Shown one piece after another: positions 17,802 through 27,124 of a DNA stretch of 64,000 nucleotides; the first letter of the stretch is position 1; every line of letters begins with the position of its first letter. The notes under the pieces were generated by a model. The model saw nothing but the letters and a program-made list of their open reading frames with translations. It ran no database searches and was not told where the DNA came from. The position numbers and the translations under genes are program-made. The DNA lies in IMG/VR virus record IMGVR_UViG_3300024308_000018, positions 124,001 through 188,000 of that record; one strand, written 5' to 3'.

Positions 17802-18495
17802 GAAACGCATTGCAGAGTCGTGGCCTTCGGGTCACGACTTTCACGTTGACAGGGAATACATGCTCGACTTCTGGCCGCTCGATATTGACGTGGAAGAAGC
17901 CAGTGACCCGCCGCCCGTCAAACATGACCCAGCTCCATATGCTCCACGCAAACCCAACAACGAGATCGACCTGTCGGAAGATGTCGAGTGGTTGGAGCGA
18001 GAGGCCGGATCCACGATCATGGTGACGCGCGAAACCGAGGACGTGCCCGAGAACTTTATCTCCTACACCGAGGTAGAGGAAGAGGAAGCACGCAAGCGGA
18101 TGGACGGGCTCACCTCAGAATTTAGAACCTTGCTCATGGAGCACGGCGGCCACAGCGTGTTAGCTGCTGACCGCGCCGCTTCAGAGTTCGAGGCAATCCT
18201 ACTTGACGTGTTTGGTATAGAGGCAACTGTAGACCGCAACGTCGAAGAAATGTCGTCCCTTGTGCTCGACATGGAGACCCTTGGACTCTTGCTATCCAAA
18301 ACAAAATTCATACCTAGCTCCGTAAAGAGAGCGACAATGCTACGCGCTATCGAGGACGGCTTCGAAACACTGAAGCAGAAGCGCGTATCGAAACAACGAA
18401 AGTTAGTGGCTTCCCTTATGAAAGCGAACGCGAACCTAGTAGCAGGCGCTGAGAACCCGGCCTCGCGAATGGCAGTGATCGGCAAACACACGTAA
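17794..18495 (+). CDS. hypothetical protein upstream of terminase (start uncertain)
   Basis: ORF fills the gap between helicase and terL; small-terminase position only, with no motif support. Confidence 0.65.
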   Translation: MFKKRIAESWPSGHDFHVDREYMLDFWPLDIDVEEASDPPPVKHDPAPYAPRKPNNEIDLSEDVEWLEREAGSTIMVTRETEDVPENFISYTEVEEEEARKRMDGLTSEFRTLLMEHGGHSVLAADRAASEFEAILLDVFGIEATVDRNVEEMSSLVLDMETLGLLLSKTKFIPSSVKRATMLRAIEDGFETLKQKRVSKQRKLVASLMKANANLVAGAENPASRMAVIGKHT

Positions 18496-18504
18496 GGGCA
18501 ATTC

Positions 18505-21500
18505 ATGACACGATCCAAGAAGCCGGATCTGACCGCGCGCCGCCGTTTGGTAGCGCGCCGTTCAGCCGCGACAGATTTCCTGATAGGTCTGGGTGGCGCT
18601 GACGCCGCCACAGACGATGCTGATATGGGCGTAGACATTGGTGATGCGCAAGGCGTCCCCAGTGAGATCGGCACTGCAAAGTCCATCGACATTCGCCAGA
18701 TTATCAAGCAAGCTCAGAAGACTCGTGTCCCCCGCGACTTGAAGTTCGACGACTCTTCTATGCCCGACGCTGCCAACTTCTACCGCTGGTGCACGGGCTC
18801 CGAATTCCTCAACGCCGAGCCATACCTTGAGCAGGTGCTGATCGGTGTACGTCTCTTTGGTGAATACTGCCCCATTTGCAGTGACACCGAGTGGATGAAG
18901 ATTGAAAACCATGAGCCGCAGGAAGGCTTGGCCGGAATGTTGGCTAAGGTGGTGCTGCTCGAACATGGCGTGTGCCCCAAGTGTAAGGGTCGCCGCTCTG
19001 AGTTCTTCCGCACCAACAAGCTCAAGTTCTACAACGAACTCGGGGTGAACGCCGGACAACGTTGTGTGACTGGTGACCAGCTGCTGTCTACTGGTGTCGG
19101 CCTGCGCCGCGTGCGTGACCTGCTGCCAGATGCAGAGTATGGCGAGAACGAAGTTGAAGGTCTGACCGCTGCCCTGACCGAGGGCCCTCTCAAGGTCAAC
19201 AAGATCGTGCGCATTGAAGCAGGTGAACGTCTGGTGTGTGCAACACTAGCCAACGGCACCGAGATCAAAGGCACCGCTACTCACGGCATCGAAGGCTGGG
19301 CCAAGAGCTACCGCCCGCTGCAAGACGCCGCCAAGTCTCCCGTGGTTATCGCCACCAATCACCACATCGGTGAGCCATTCCCAATTCGCGAGTACGCCGA
19401 AGGCATGGTGCGCCAAGGGGCCCTCCCCGAGAACTACAGCGCCAAGGCCATCCGCAACTACGCGATGATGCAGACAATGGCCCACGCCGTTATGGGTACG
19501 CTGCTCGTCCACAACAACGTTCCCTATGTCGAGGGCGGGCCAACACTTGACACCGTGTTCAAGTCGCTGACCGCTGGCTGCTACCGTGACAACAAGATGG
19601 TGCAGCTGCCCGACTACCTGTTGTCGAACGCTGCTCCCCTACTGCACACATTCTTCCGCACCCTCTTCCCTGACGACGAGATCGGCTTGTCCGTGATGGT
19701 CGACTCAGAGGAACTGGCGCGAGAGATTCAGGCCCTTGCCATTGCGTGCGGTTGGCCCTGCATGCGTGACGGTCACAGCCTTTGGCTCGACCAGTTGGCC
19801 TACAACGACTTCAGCGAGCTGCGCGAAACCGTGCTGCGCGTAGAACCCACTTTTTCAGCCGAGCGCTGGGATCGTGGGTCTCTTGCGTCTGCACTCGAAA
19901 ACATTGAGATCGACAGCCCCTTGTACTACCTCAAGCGGCTGGTCGACGGCGATTACGCGGTGTTCAATGCTGCGGTGGCCGACATCGAGCCCGAGGACAC
20001 TTGGACGTTCGAAGTCCCGAGCGGCCAGCGCTACATGATCGACAACATCGTGTGCGAAAACAGCGGCAAGTCCGTGGTGGTAGCAATGCTGTCCACGTAC
20101 ATGACGCACCGCGTGCTCAAGATGCAGAAGCCGACGCGCGTCTACGGTATCGGCGACAACCAGATCCTGCAAGGCACGTTCGTGGCCCTGACTCAGGCTC
20201 AGGCAAAGGACACGTTGTGGGAGCCGTACTTCGGCTACATCGTGGCGAGCCCTTGGTTCCAACGTTACCATGCGTTGATCAAGCGCTACGAATCCCTGTA
20301 CGGTGTCGAGGTGATGAAGATTCGGGACACGTTCGTTCTGTATCGCCATCGCAACCTCATTGTGTTCCCAGCGGGCCCCGACAAGCGTACCCTTCGTGGT
20401 CGAACTCGTATCTTCTACGCGATAGATGAAATCGGTTGGTTCGACAACGATGCGTCCAAGAACAAGATCAAGACAGGCGCTGCCGAAGTCTCGATTGCGT
20501 TGGAACGTTCGTGCCTGACTGTGCGGTCGGCGGAGGGACGGCTGGTCGCCAGTGGCAATGACATGTGCTACACGGCATATGGCTTCAACGTCAGTAGCCC
20601 GTCAGACTTCCGCGACAAGATCTGTGAGATTGTCCGGCAGGCTGAGACCAGTAACAAGATATTGGGTATTCATGCCCCGACGTGGAAGATGAACCCGAAC
20701 GTTACGCGGGAGATGCTGGAAGAAGAATTCCGCAAGAACCCGATAGCGGCGGCCCGAGATTATGGCGCGCAGCCGCCAGTGTCAGCGAACCCATTCATCT
20801 CGCCCGGTACGGTGGACGAGTGTATGCGTGACGTTGGCCGTAACGAGGTGGTCTACAACCAAGCTACCGACCGACGCAGTAATGGGATCTCGGTTGAGCG
20901 GACGGCCTACGGCAAGATCACCAAGATCAAGCAAGTCGACCGCCCCAGTGTGCTGGCGATGGATGCTGGGGAAACCAATAACAGTTTCGCGCTGTCCTGT
21001 ATGTCGCTGGTAAATGGTATCCCCAGCGTTGACCTGCTCGTTGAGATCATGCCGAGCCCCGGCGAACCGCTCAACTACACGTTGATCTTTGACCACATCA
21101 TTGTACCGATGATCAAGGCACGCAACGTTAAGGTGCTGCTCGCCGACCGTTGGAACTCCACGAAACTCCTGCAAGATGCGCTGGCCCTTGGGCTCGTACA
21201 GATTGCCAAGAAGTATTCGCTGAAGTACAACGACATGTGGGACGTCAAGAACCAGATGCAAGGCGGCACGTTCTCTTATCCACGTTCGCAGTTTGTGAAA
21301 TCCGTAATCGAGCTGCTGCACGATCAGGACTTGACCAACTACCCGGCATGCTTCGCCAACAAACCTGTCGAGCACTTCATGTACCAGTGCGTCACGATCC
21401 AAGATAGCCGCAATCAGGTTCTCAAGGGCGTGGGGCTCACCGATGACTTGTGGCGAGCAACAGCGTTGGCGGCCTACGGACTCAACAGTCCGGACTACGC

Positions 21501-21663
21501 ACCGTTTCTTGTAAATAGCCCTAACAGGCACATCGACCGGAACCCACAACGTCTCGGCGTTATTGGCAGTGCCAAAGCCGTCGGTACGGGCAGCGGTGCT
21601 CAGGCGCGCAGCGGAACGATTGGTAATTTCACAGCGGTACTCAGTTCAAGGAGAGCAAAATGA
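18505..21663 (+). CDS. terL: terminase large subunit, intein-containing
   Basis: Walker A reconstituted as AGQR|SGKS; Walker B YAIDEIGW; nuclease LAMDAG and DDLW; adjacent to portal. Confidence 0.9.
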   Translation: MTRSKKPDLTARRRLVARRSAATDFLIGLGGADAATDDADMGVDIGDAQGVPSEIGTAKSIDIRQIIKQAQKTRVPRDLKFDDSSMPDAANFYRWCTGSEFLNAEPYLEQVLIGVRLFGEYCPICSDTEWMKIENHEPQEGLAGMLAKVVLLEHGVCPKCKGRRSEFFRTNKLKFYNELGVNAGQRCVTGDQLLSTGVGLRRVRDLLPDAEYGENEVEGLTAALTEGPLKVNKIVRIEAGERLVCATLANGTEIKGTATHGIEGWAKSYRPLQDAAKSPVVIATNHHIGEPFPIREYAEGMVRQGALPENYSAKAIRNYAMMQTMAHAVMGTLLVHNNVPYVEGGPTLDTVFKSLTAGCYRDNKMVQLPDYLLSNAAPLLHTFFRTLFPDDEIGLSVMVDSEELAREIQALAIACGWPCMRDGHSLWLDQLAYNDFSELRETVLRVEPTFSAERWDRGSLASALENIEIDSPLYYLKRLVDGDYAVFNAAVADIEPEDTWTFEVPSGQRYMIDNIVCENSGKSVVVAMLSTYMTHRVLKMQKPTRVYGIGDNQILQGTFVALTQAQAKDTLWEPYFGYIVASPWFQRYHALIKRYESLYGVEVMKIRDTFVLYRHRNLIVFPAGPDKRTLRGRTRIFYAIDEIGWFDNDASKNKIKTGAAEVSIALERSCLTVRSAEGRLVASGNDMCYTAYGFNVSSPSDFRDKICEIVRQAETSNKILGIHAPTWKMNPNVTREMLEEEFRKNPIAAARDYGAQPPVSANPFISPGTVDECMRDVGRNEVVYNQATDRRSNGISVERTAYGKITKIKQVDRPSVLAMDAGETNNSFALSCMSLVNGIPSVDLLVEIMPSPGEPLNYTLIFDHIIVPMIKARNVKVLLADRWNSTKLLQDALALGLVQIAKKYSLKYNDMWDVKNQMQGGTFSYPRSQFVKSVIELLHDQDLTNYPACFANKPVEHFMYQCVTIQDSRNQVLKGVGLTDDLWRATALAAYGLNSPDYAPFLVNSPNRHIDRNPQRLGVIGSAKAVGTGSGAQARSGTIGNFTAVLSSRRAK
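19063..20061 (+). mobile_element. 333-aa intein with degenerate LAGLIDADG-like region
   Basis: Starts CVTGDQLL; block B GTATH; ends IVCEN followed by extein Ser; removal restores GQRSGKS. Confidence 0.9.
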
Positions 21664-21908
21664 CGAACAAGTTCAACAACCCAGCTGCAAATGTGCTGGC
21701 GGCGCGACAGGCGAAAGCCCAAGGGGTCGACATCGATCCGCGCACTACCGACAGCAACATGTTGTCGCAGTCGGCGCTCCACGTGGAGAGTGTGACCAAC
21801 TGCCCGAAGTGCGGTAATGCAACTACCTCCGCATCGTTGGCTGGCGGAATCCCCGCCCGCTTCTGCCCTGACTGTTCGGTGACAATGCCTGTCCCGATGG
21901 GGGAGTAA
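21660..21908 (+). CDS. small Zn-ribbon protein
   Basis: CPKC...FCPDC; AGGAG RBS. Confidence 0.75.
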   Translation: MTNKFNNPAANVLAARQAKAQGVDIDPRTTDSNMLSQSALHVESVTNCPKCGNATTSASLAGGIPARFCPDCSVTMPVPMGE

Positions 21909-21911
21909 GGC

Positions 21912-23822
21912 ATGGGAATCTCATTCAAGGCACAGAGCGATTTCAGAAATCGCGGCCCTGCGCCTGAATCGGGTGGTAAGCGGCAAGTTGGTGTGGCGTC
22001 TAGCGATGCCGCACTCAACAAGCTGGTGAAGACGATGCGCAACCGTGCGCGGCATGAGCAGTACAGTGAGCGCGTTGCGTCCACTTCTGCCGCTGGTGCT
22101 GGCTCCGGTAGCGCAATCGGCAATACCCAATTCGGCGCAGTGGCACTGGACATCGACGTTGATCCGTTGCTCGAAGGCATGGCCTACGACACGGATGACA
22201 AGTTCCTCTTCAACATCTACCGCGACATCTACAACTTCGATCCCATCGGCGGGTCGTTCGTAGACATGTTCAGCACGCTGCCTTATTCGGACTACACGTT
22301 CGGCGGGGCCAAGGATGCGTTGCTCGAACCGTACTACGAAACAAACGAGCGCCTGAAGATCGGAAGCATGCTTCCGGCAATCACTACCGACCGGATGGTG
22401 ACTGGTGCTCACGTGTCGTCGATGCTGTATAACAAGCAGCAGAAGAAATTCCTCGACCTCATGTGCCACCGTTACGATCACATCGACGTGTATCCCCTGC
22501 CGTTCAACAACCAAGACCCGATCTTGGAGTGGAACGTGCCGGAAGAAACGCGCACCGTGATGCAGCGCGACAACGATCGGATCAAACGCCTGCGCGAGTA
22601 CATCGGCAGTGATCTGTGCGCCAAAATCGACGGCGGCGAGAAGATTGAACTCGACCCGCTCGGCACAATCTGGCTGCCCCGTCGCCCGTACAGTACAGGC
22701 GCAGGCCAATCTGTGTACCGTCGCATCCTGCCCGTGTGGCTGATCGAGAAGAACCTGTACCGTGGCACGCTGATAGAAAGTGGTCGCCGCCAACGTGGTA
22801 TCCTTCACGCTCAACTCGGCGACGGGATGGAGTGGGAGCCCAGCGTTGAGGAACTGCAATACGTGACCGACTTGCTGTTGGCTGCGGATGCGGATCCCAT
22901 TGGTGCGGTAATCGCAACTCGCATGGGCGTGCAGGTGAACGAGTTCCGTCAAGGCGGCGACTTCTGGAAGATCACCGACATCTGGGACACCACCACGCAG
23001 TACAAACTGCGTGCGCTTGGTGCCAGTGAAGCCTTGCTGTCGGGCGACGCTACGTTTGCCAACGGCGAAACCGGAATGATGGCGTTTATGGAGAGCCTTG
23101 CGGCTTCCCGTAATGACCTGACCCGCCGCCTGTTCTACGAGAAGATCTTCCCGCTGGTTGCCGTTATCAACGGGCTGGCCGTGAACCGTAGTGGCAACGT
23201 GGTCAAGAAGTCTGGCATGATGAAGGGAGATGCGATGGACATCATGGAGCGCATGCAAGACGGCTCCAAGTTGTTTATCCCGACCGTGCATTGGACGAAG
23301 AAGCTGCGTCCGGAAAGCGATCAAGGTCAGATGGAAGCGCTGCGTGCGCTGACCGAAATGGGCGTACCTGTTCCGATCCGTGCTATTGCGGCGGCTGGCG
23401 GATACAGTCTGGATCAAATGGTTGGTGACCAAGATGAAAACTTGGCTATGCAGCGTAAGATCTACGACTACCAAAAGCGCAACGCCGAGCTGAAGAAGAA
23501 GTACGGGCCGAAAGAGGAAGGCGAAGAGGGCGGCGGTTCGTTCTCAAGCGCCGATCCGTTCGGTGGTGTACTCGGCGGCCAGCGGCGTCTCTCACTGAAA
23601 GACCGCGACTTCGGCCACCTCAGTGAGATGCACGAATACGGGAAGACGGGCAAGAAGAAATACCTGTTTGACCAACGTGCCGCCAACGACCGAGCCAACA
23701 ACGCGATCTACAAATCTGTAAAGACCATAGACAAGCAGGGAGCTAACCCTCTGCTGTCTAATGCTGCTGTTTCCCGCAAGGCAAGTCCGCGTGAGCAGCG
23801 TGCAATGCTCCGTCTGTATTGA
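21912..23822 (+). CDS. putative portal protein
   Basis: Size and position after terL; portal-like helical pattern (KLRALGASEALLSG...RNDLTRRLFYEKIF). Confidence 0.7.
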   Translation: MGISFKAQSDFRNRGPAPESGGKRQVGVASSDAALNKLVKTMRNRARHEQYSERVASTSAAGAGSGSAIGNTQFGAVALDIDVDPLLEGMAYDTDDKFLFNIYRDIYNFDPIGGSFVDMFSTLPYSDYTFGGAKDALLEPYYETNERLKIGSMLPAITTDRMVTGAHVSSMLYNKQQKKFLDLMCHRYDHIDVYPLPFNNQDPILEWNVPEETRTVMQRDNDRIKRLREYIGSDLCAKIDGGEKIELDPLGTIWLPRRPYSTGAGQSVYRRILPVWLIEKNLYRGTLIESGRRQRGILHAQLGDGMEWEPSVEELQYVTDLLLAADADPIGAVIATRMGVQVNEFRQGGDFWKITDIWDTTTQYKLRALGASEALLSGDATFANGETGMMAFMESLAASRNDLTRRLFYEKIFPLVAVINGLAVNRSGNVVKKSGMMKGDAMDIMERMQDGSKLFIPTVHWTKKLRPESDQGQMEALRALTEMGVPVPIRAIAAAGGYSLDQMVGDQDENLAMQRKIYDYQKRNAELKKKYGPKEEGEEGGGSFSSADPFGGVLGGQRRLSLKDRDFGHLSEMHEYGKTGKKKYLFDQRAANDRANNAIYKSVKTIDKQGANPLLSNAAVSRKASPREQRAMLRLY

Positions 23823-23830
23823 GGGTCGTC

Positions 23831-24457
23831 ATGTTCAAATCATGGTTTAAGAAAGGGGAGCATGACTCCCCACCTTCTCCAACTCTCTCGCTGCTTGCCG
23901 TACTCGCTGACGGGCCGGAAACTCCGGATCCCGAGTGGGAGCAGCTGCGGGGGAGATTCGTGGAAGCGTGCAACTACATCTATCAGGATCGTGGCACTGT
24001 CCATAGCACCTACCACAGCGCGCAACGTAGCATTCACGAATTCGTGGAACGCTACCTGCCGCACTGGTCACTGTCCAGCGACAAGCCTGAACTCGAAACC
24101 GCGTTCGTCTGGGCCATCGCTAAGGTAGTGTCGAGCAATGCGGTTGTGGCTTCCGTGGCGGGAATGCTGATTGACAAGTTCATTGCCAACGGTGCAGTTG
24201 TTGCCGCCCTGCGCACCAAGCTCAACCCTACGGGACTGCGCAAGGTGCTGAACCTTGGGGCATCAAAGTTTAGCGAGATGGAAGCCGCAATCTGCAAGCG
24301 TCAGGGTTTCGACTCTGCCGACGCGTTCGAGTTCCTGAATTTGCAGTTCATGCAACTGCGCCAAGTGAGCTATCTCAGCTGGCACAGCAGCGCCCCCAAG
24401 GAGCTGGCCGACAAGTTCCCCAACGTTGTTGCGTATCGCACTCTGAGAGGTAAGTGA
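23831..24457 (+). CDS. hypothetical protein
   Basis: GAGG RBS before ATG 23831. Confidence 0.7.
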   Translation: MFKSWFKKGEHDSPPSPTLSLLAVLADGPETPDPEWEQLRGRFVEACNYIYQDRGTVHSTYHSAQRSIHEFVERYLPHWSLSSDKPELETAFVWAIAKVVSSNAVVASVAGMLIDKFIANGAVVAALRTKLNPTGLRKVLNLGASKFSEMEAAICKRQGFDSADAFEFLNLQFMQLRQVSYLSWHSSAPKELADKFPNVVAYRTLRGK

Positions 24458-24822
24458 TGATCTCTCTGACGCGCGGCGCACTGGCCGAGTTCTATCAGCA
24501 GGCAGGAAACCACAACGTCTCTTTCGAGGTCGAGGTTCCTGACTCGCACGTGTTCGTCGGTATCCGCCATCCCATGTACGGGCAGTCTGGCGCTGTGCAA
24601 GGCACGCCGTTCATCGCCCTCATTAACCTGATGGCTCCGGATCCCGCCTCCAAGGTTCTCACCAAGATTGCAGACCTGCATTCAGGTGAAGAAGCTGCCG
24701 CGTTTCTCAAAGTCGTATCGGTCGTCGTGACCTCGCGAGAAGCCCGCAGCGCTCAAGAGTGGGCCGAATACCTTCAGGCCCAAATCGGTAGTAACGTCAA
24801 GGTATCTAACTATGCTGGATAA
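24454..24822 (+). CDS. hypothetical protein
   Basis: GTGA overlap; GAGG RBS. Confidence 0.7.
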   Translation: MMISLTRGALAEFYQQAGNHNVSFEVEVPDSHVFVGIRHPMYGQSGAVQGTPFIALINLMAPDPASKVLTKIADLHSGEEAAAFLKVVSVVVTSREARSAQEWAEYLQAQIGSNVKVSNYAG

Positions 24823-25138
24823 GGTCGAAACACAAGAGCTTGTCAATCTGCTGGTCACTACAAAGAACATGGCAGATACACACGTAGTCAAGGCACTGGT
24901 CTCCGATGTTCCCCTCAATATCGGAATCGCAATCTCCGAACTCAAGCAAGTGTTTGGTGACAAGGACATCCTCGTCATTACGGACGAGCTGGCCTACGCC
25001 GCCAACGACATCGCTTCTGCTGGGCCGGGGTACAGTGTCGACGGCCCCTCTCGTTTCTACTGCCAACTGCTGATGACCGACAAGGCAGCACTGGCAAAAG
25101 CAATCAACGCAATTATGGTAATGGAGAAATCTGTATGA
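24812..25138 (+). CDS. hypothetical protein
   Basis: Overlapping, co-directional ORF. Confidence 0.7.
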   Translation: MLDKVETQELVNLLVTTKNMADTHVVKALVSDVPLNIGIAISELKQVFGDKDILVITDELAYAANDIASAGPGYSVDGPSRFYCQLLMTDKAALAKAINAIMVMEKSV

Positions 25139-25503
25139 TCAAGTCGTCCCTACTCGAAGGTGGTCTGCGTCTGTACGAAGGCAAAGGTACTGGCCTGCAC
25201 TTCGTGTTCACTCCGCTGGGTGAAAACGTGCTCGGCGCCTGCGAGAAGCTGCAAACTTACGCGGCTGGTGAAGAGCAGATGGAGCACGCTGTCGGCATGA
25301 TACTCGGTGACGGCACCGCAGAACTCGGCATCGACTACCCGCAGTGTACCGAAGTCGTCAGCAACTGGGTGGAAGAACTCGGTCTCGAATTCGACGCGGC
25401 CCCGATGGACGTAATCGAGATCAAGGTCGGCAAGGAAGCCGTTGTCGTTATCACGGTCGGGGTCAGTGACCCGTCCGAGACGGCGGACTCTGAGTGGAAC
25501 TAA
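25135..25503 (+). CDS. acidic hypothetical protein
   Basis: GGAG RBS; ATGA overlap; followed by a terminator. Confidence 0.75.
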   Translation: MIKSSLLEGGLRLYEGKGTGLHFVFTPLGENVLGACEKLQTYAAGEEQMEHAVGMILGDGTAELGIDYPQCTEVVSNWVEELGLEFDAAPMDVIEIKVGKEAVVVITVGVSDPSETADSEWN

Positions 25504-25516
25504 TCCGACCGGATTT

Positions 25517-25540
25517 AAGGGGGCCTTCGGGCCCTCTTTT
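25517..25540 (+). terminator. intrinsic terminator
   Basis: AAGGGGGCC-TTCG-GGCCCTCTTTT. Confidence 0.8.
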
Positions 25541-25668
25541 CGTTTCCAGACACGTCACTTGCTGTCTGAACCTGCTCGCGTCTAACTCCGCCGTGTACTG
25601 CGCAATGTACGTAATCAACAACATTGCACGCGAAGAGCGGGAGACGCTGTACGCACAGTTGCCGCCTG

Positions 25669-25688
25669 AATCTGTAAATAGTCTACGT
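25669..25688 (+). promoter_or_regulatory. promoter-like box
   Basis: AATCTGTAAATAGTCTACGT about 40 nt upstream of 25715, just after a terminator. Confidence 0.6.
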
Positions 25689-25714
25689 CGGGCAGTAAAG
25701 CAAATCGAGGGCGT

Positions 25715-26155
25715 ATGAAATTCTTGACCTGTAAGTTGTCGAAGCACCGTGGTGTTTACGACATGGTGTTCTGCGACGCGGGTTCGGAGAAAGATTGCTT
25801 GCGGTTGCTTGCACCCGACGGCGTGATTGTGATCTTCGATCACGTACCGGATGGGGCGTGGGTCTATAAGTCGAATCTCTATCTCCGGCTCTATAAGCTC
25901 ATGAACCCAATGTTCGATGTTCCGACCTCAGTGGTGTCAATGCTTAGCCCAAAGATGCTGCCGAAGTTTGATCATCCATTAGTCTACGATGGACAGTCGT
26001 GCCTCTACCAGTTGCACTGGATGCACGAATTCGAATGCCTGCGCACTCTCGTAGTCGGGTCGCGGGTGAATATGATGGCCGACGCGTTGCGCGCACAGGA
26101 AGGCGCAGCATGGTACGGCGATTATTCTGTCCACTTCATACGGGATGCTTCATGA
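25715..26155 (+). CDS. hypothetical protein
   Basis: GAGG RBS; ATGA overlap with the exonuclease gene. Confidence 0.7.
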   Translation: MKFLTCKLSKHRGVYDMVFCDAGSEKDCLRLLAPDGVIVIFDHVPDGAWVYKSNLYLRLYKLMNPMFDVPTSVVSMLSPKMLPKFDHPLVYDGQSCLYQLHWMHEFECLRTLVVGSRVNMMADALRAQEGAAWYGDYSVHFIRDAS

Positions 26156-27120
26156 AAAATGTAGTCTACCACATCCACGCCATTGACCTGAGCAACTGGC
26201 TGCACCGCGCTTACCACGTAGTGCGTCCGGAAGACATGATGGTCAACGGTAAACCAACTGGGGCCGTGAAGGTTTTCATCAACATGGTGGAATCCCTGCT
26301 CGGCAAAATCCGCGATACGAAAAAGAAGGGAGAGAAGCACCACCTCGTATTCGCCGTCGACTGCTCACGCGTTAAGAGCTGGCGCTACCTGATGGTCAAG
26401 CCGTGGGCTGAAGAGCGTGCCCGTGACCTCGGGGTGCCGCCGACGGAGCTTTACTACAAGGGCAAGCGCACCACGGATCAGGAGAAGCGTGATGCTCTCC
26501 GCTTCCAAACCAAACTGCTGTTGGAGATGCTTGAGACGTCCGGCTTTCCGTGCATCGGTGATAGCGACGCGGAAGCTGACGACATACTCGGCACCATTGC
26601 CCGCAACTTCAGCAAGAGACCTAACGTTGTCGTGCACCTCCACACACGCGACAAGGATGCGGCCCAGCTGCTGATATTCCCCAACACCGAAATCGTACAC
26701 CCTGCAATCGGTCAGTCCCCTGAGCGCATACTCCGCAGCTCGCAAGATTGCATTGACGTGTACGGTGTTCCGCCCGAGCGTATCGTTGATTACCTCGCCA
26801 TGTGTGGCGATGCTGTCGACAACGTTCCCGGCATTCCCGGCGTTGGTGATAAGACCGCAATCAAACTGCTTTCCAAGTACGGCTCGTTCTCGCAGGTTGT
26901 CGAGAATCCGGAAGCTGTGAAATCGGTGAAGGCATTGCGTGAAGGCAACCTGCCAATGAGCCCAGACATGCTGGTCGATCTGATCAAGCTGGACTGTCGC
27001 ATCAAGTCGGTGCCGAAGAAAGCAAGCGCGTTCGCACGTGCGAAACTCACGGAAGAGCGGATCGCAGCAATGACTAAGCTGCGCCGTAAATACAAATTCA
27101 ACTCACTGTTCGGGGCATAA
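26152..27120 (+). CDS. 5'-3' exonuclease / flap endonuclease (Pol I N-terminal domain / T4 RNase H family)
   Basis: IDLSNWLHRAYH, YYKGKR, EADDILG, TRDKD, GDAVDNVPGIPGVGDKTA. Confidence 0.95.
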   Translation: MKNVVYHIHAIDLSNWLHRAYHVVRPEDMMVNGKPTGAVKVFINMVESLLGKIRDTKKKGEKHHLVFAVDCSRVKSWRYLMVKPWAEERARDLGVPPTELYYKGKRTTDQEKRDALRFQTKLLLEMLETSGFPCIGDSDAEADDILGTIARNFSKRPNVVVHLHTRDKDAAQLLIFPNTEIVHPAIGQSPERILRSSQDCIDVYGVPPERIVDYLAMCGDAVDNVPGIPGVGDKTAIKLLSKYGSFSQVVENPEAVKSVKALREGNLPMSPDMLVDLIKLDCRIKSVPKKASAFARAKLTEERIAAMTKLRRKYKFNSLFGA

Positions 27121-27124
27121 TATC

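Noticed and set aside
17794-18495. Terminase small subunit call
   Set aside because: Supported by position only; no recognisable motif.
25494-25718. 74-aa ORF
   Set aside because: It spans a terminator and a promoter box; at most a 37-aa ORF from ATG 25605 with no clear RBS.
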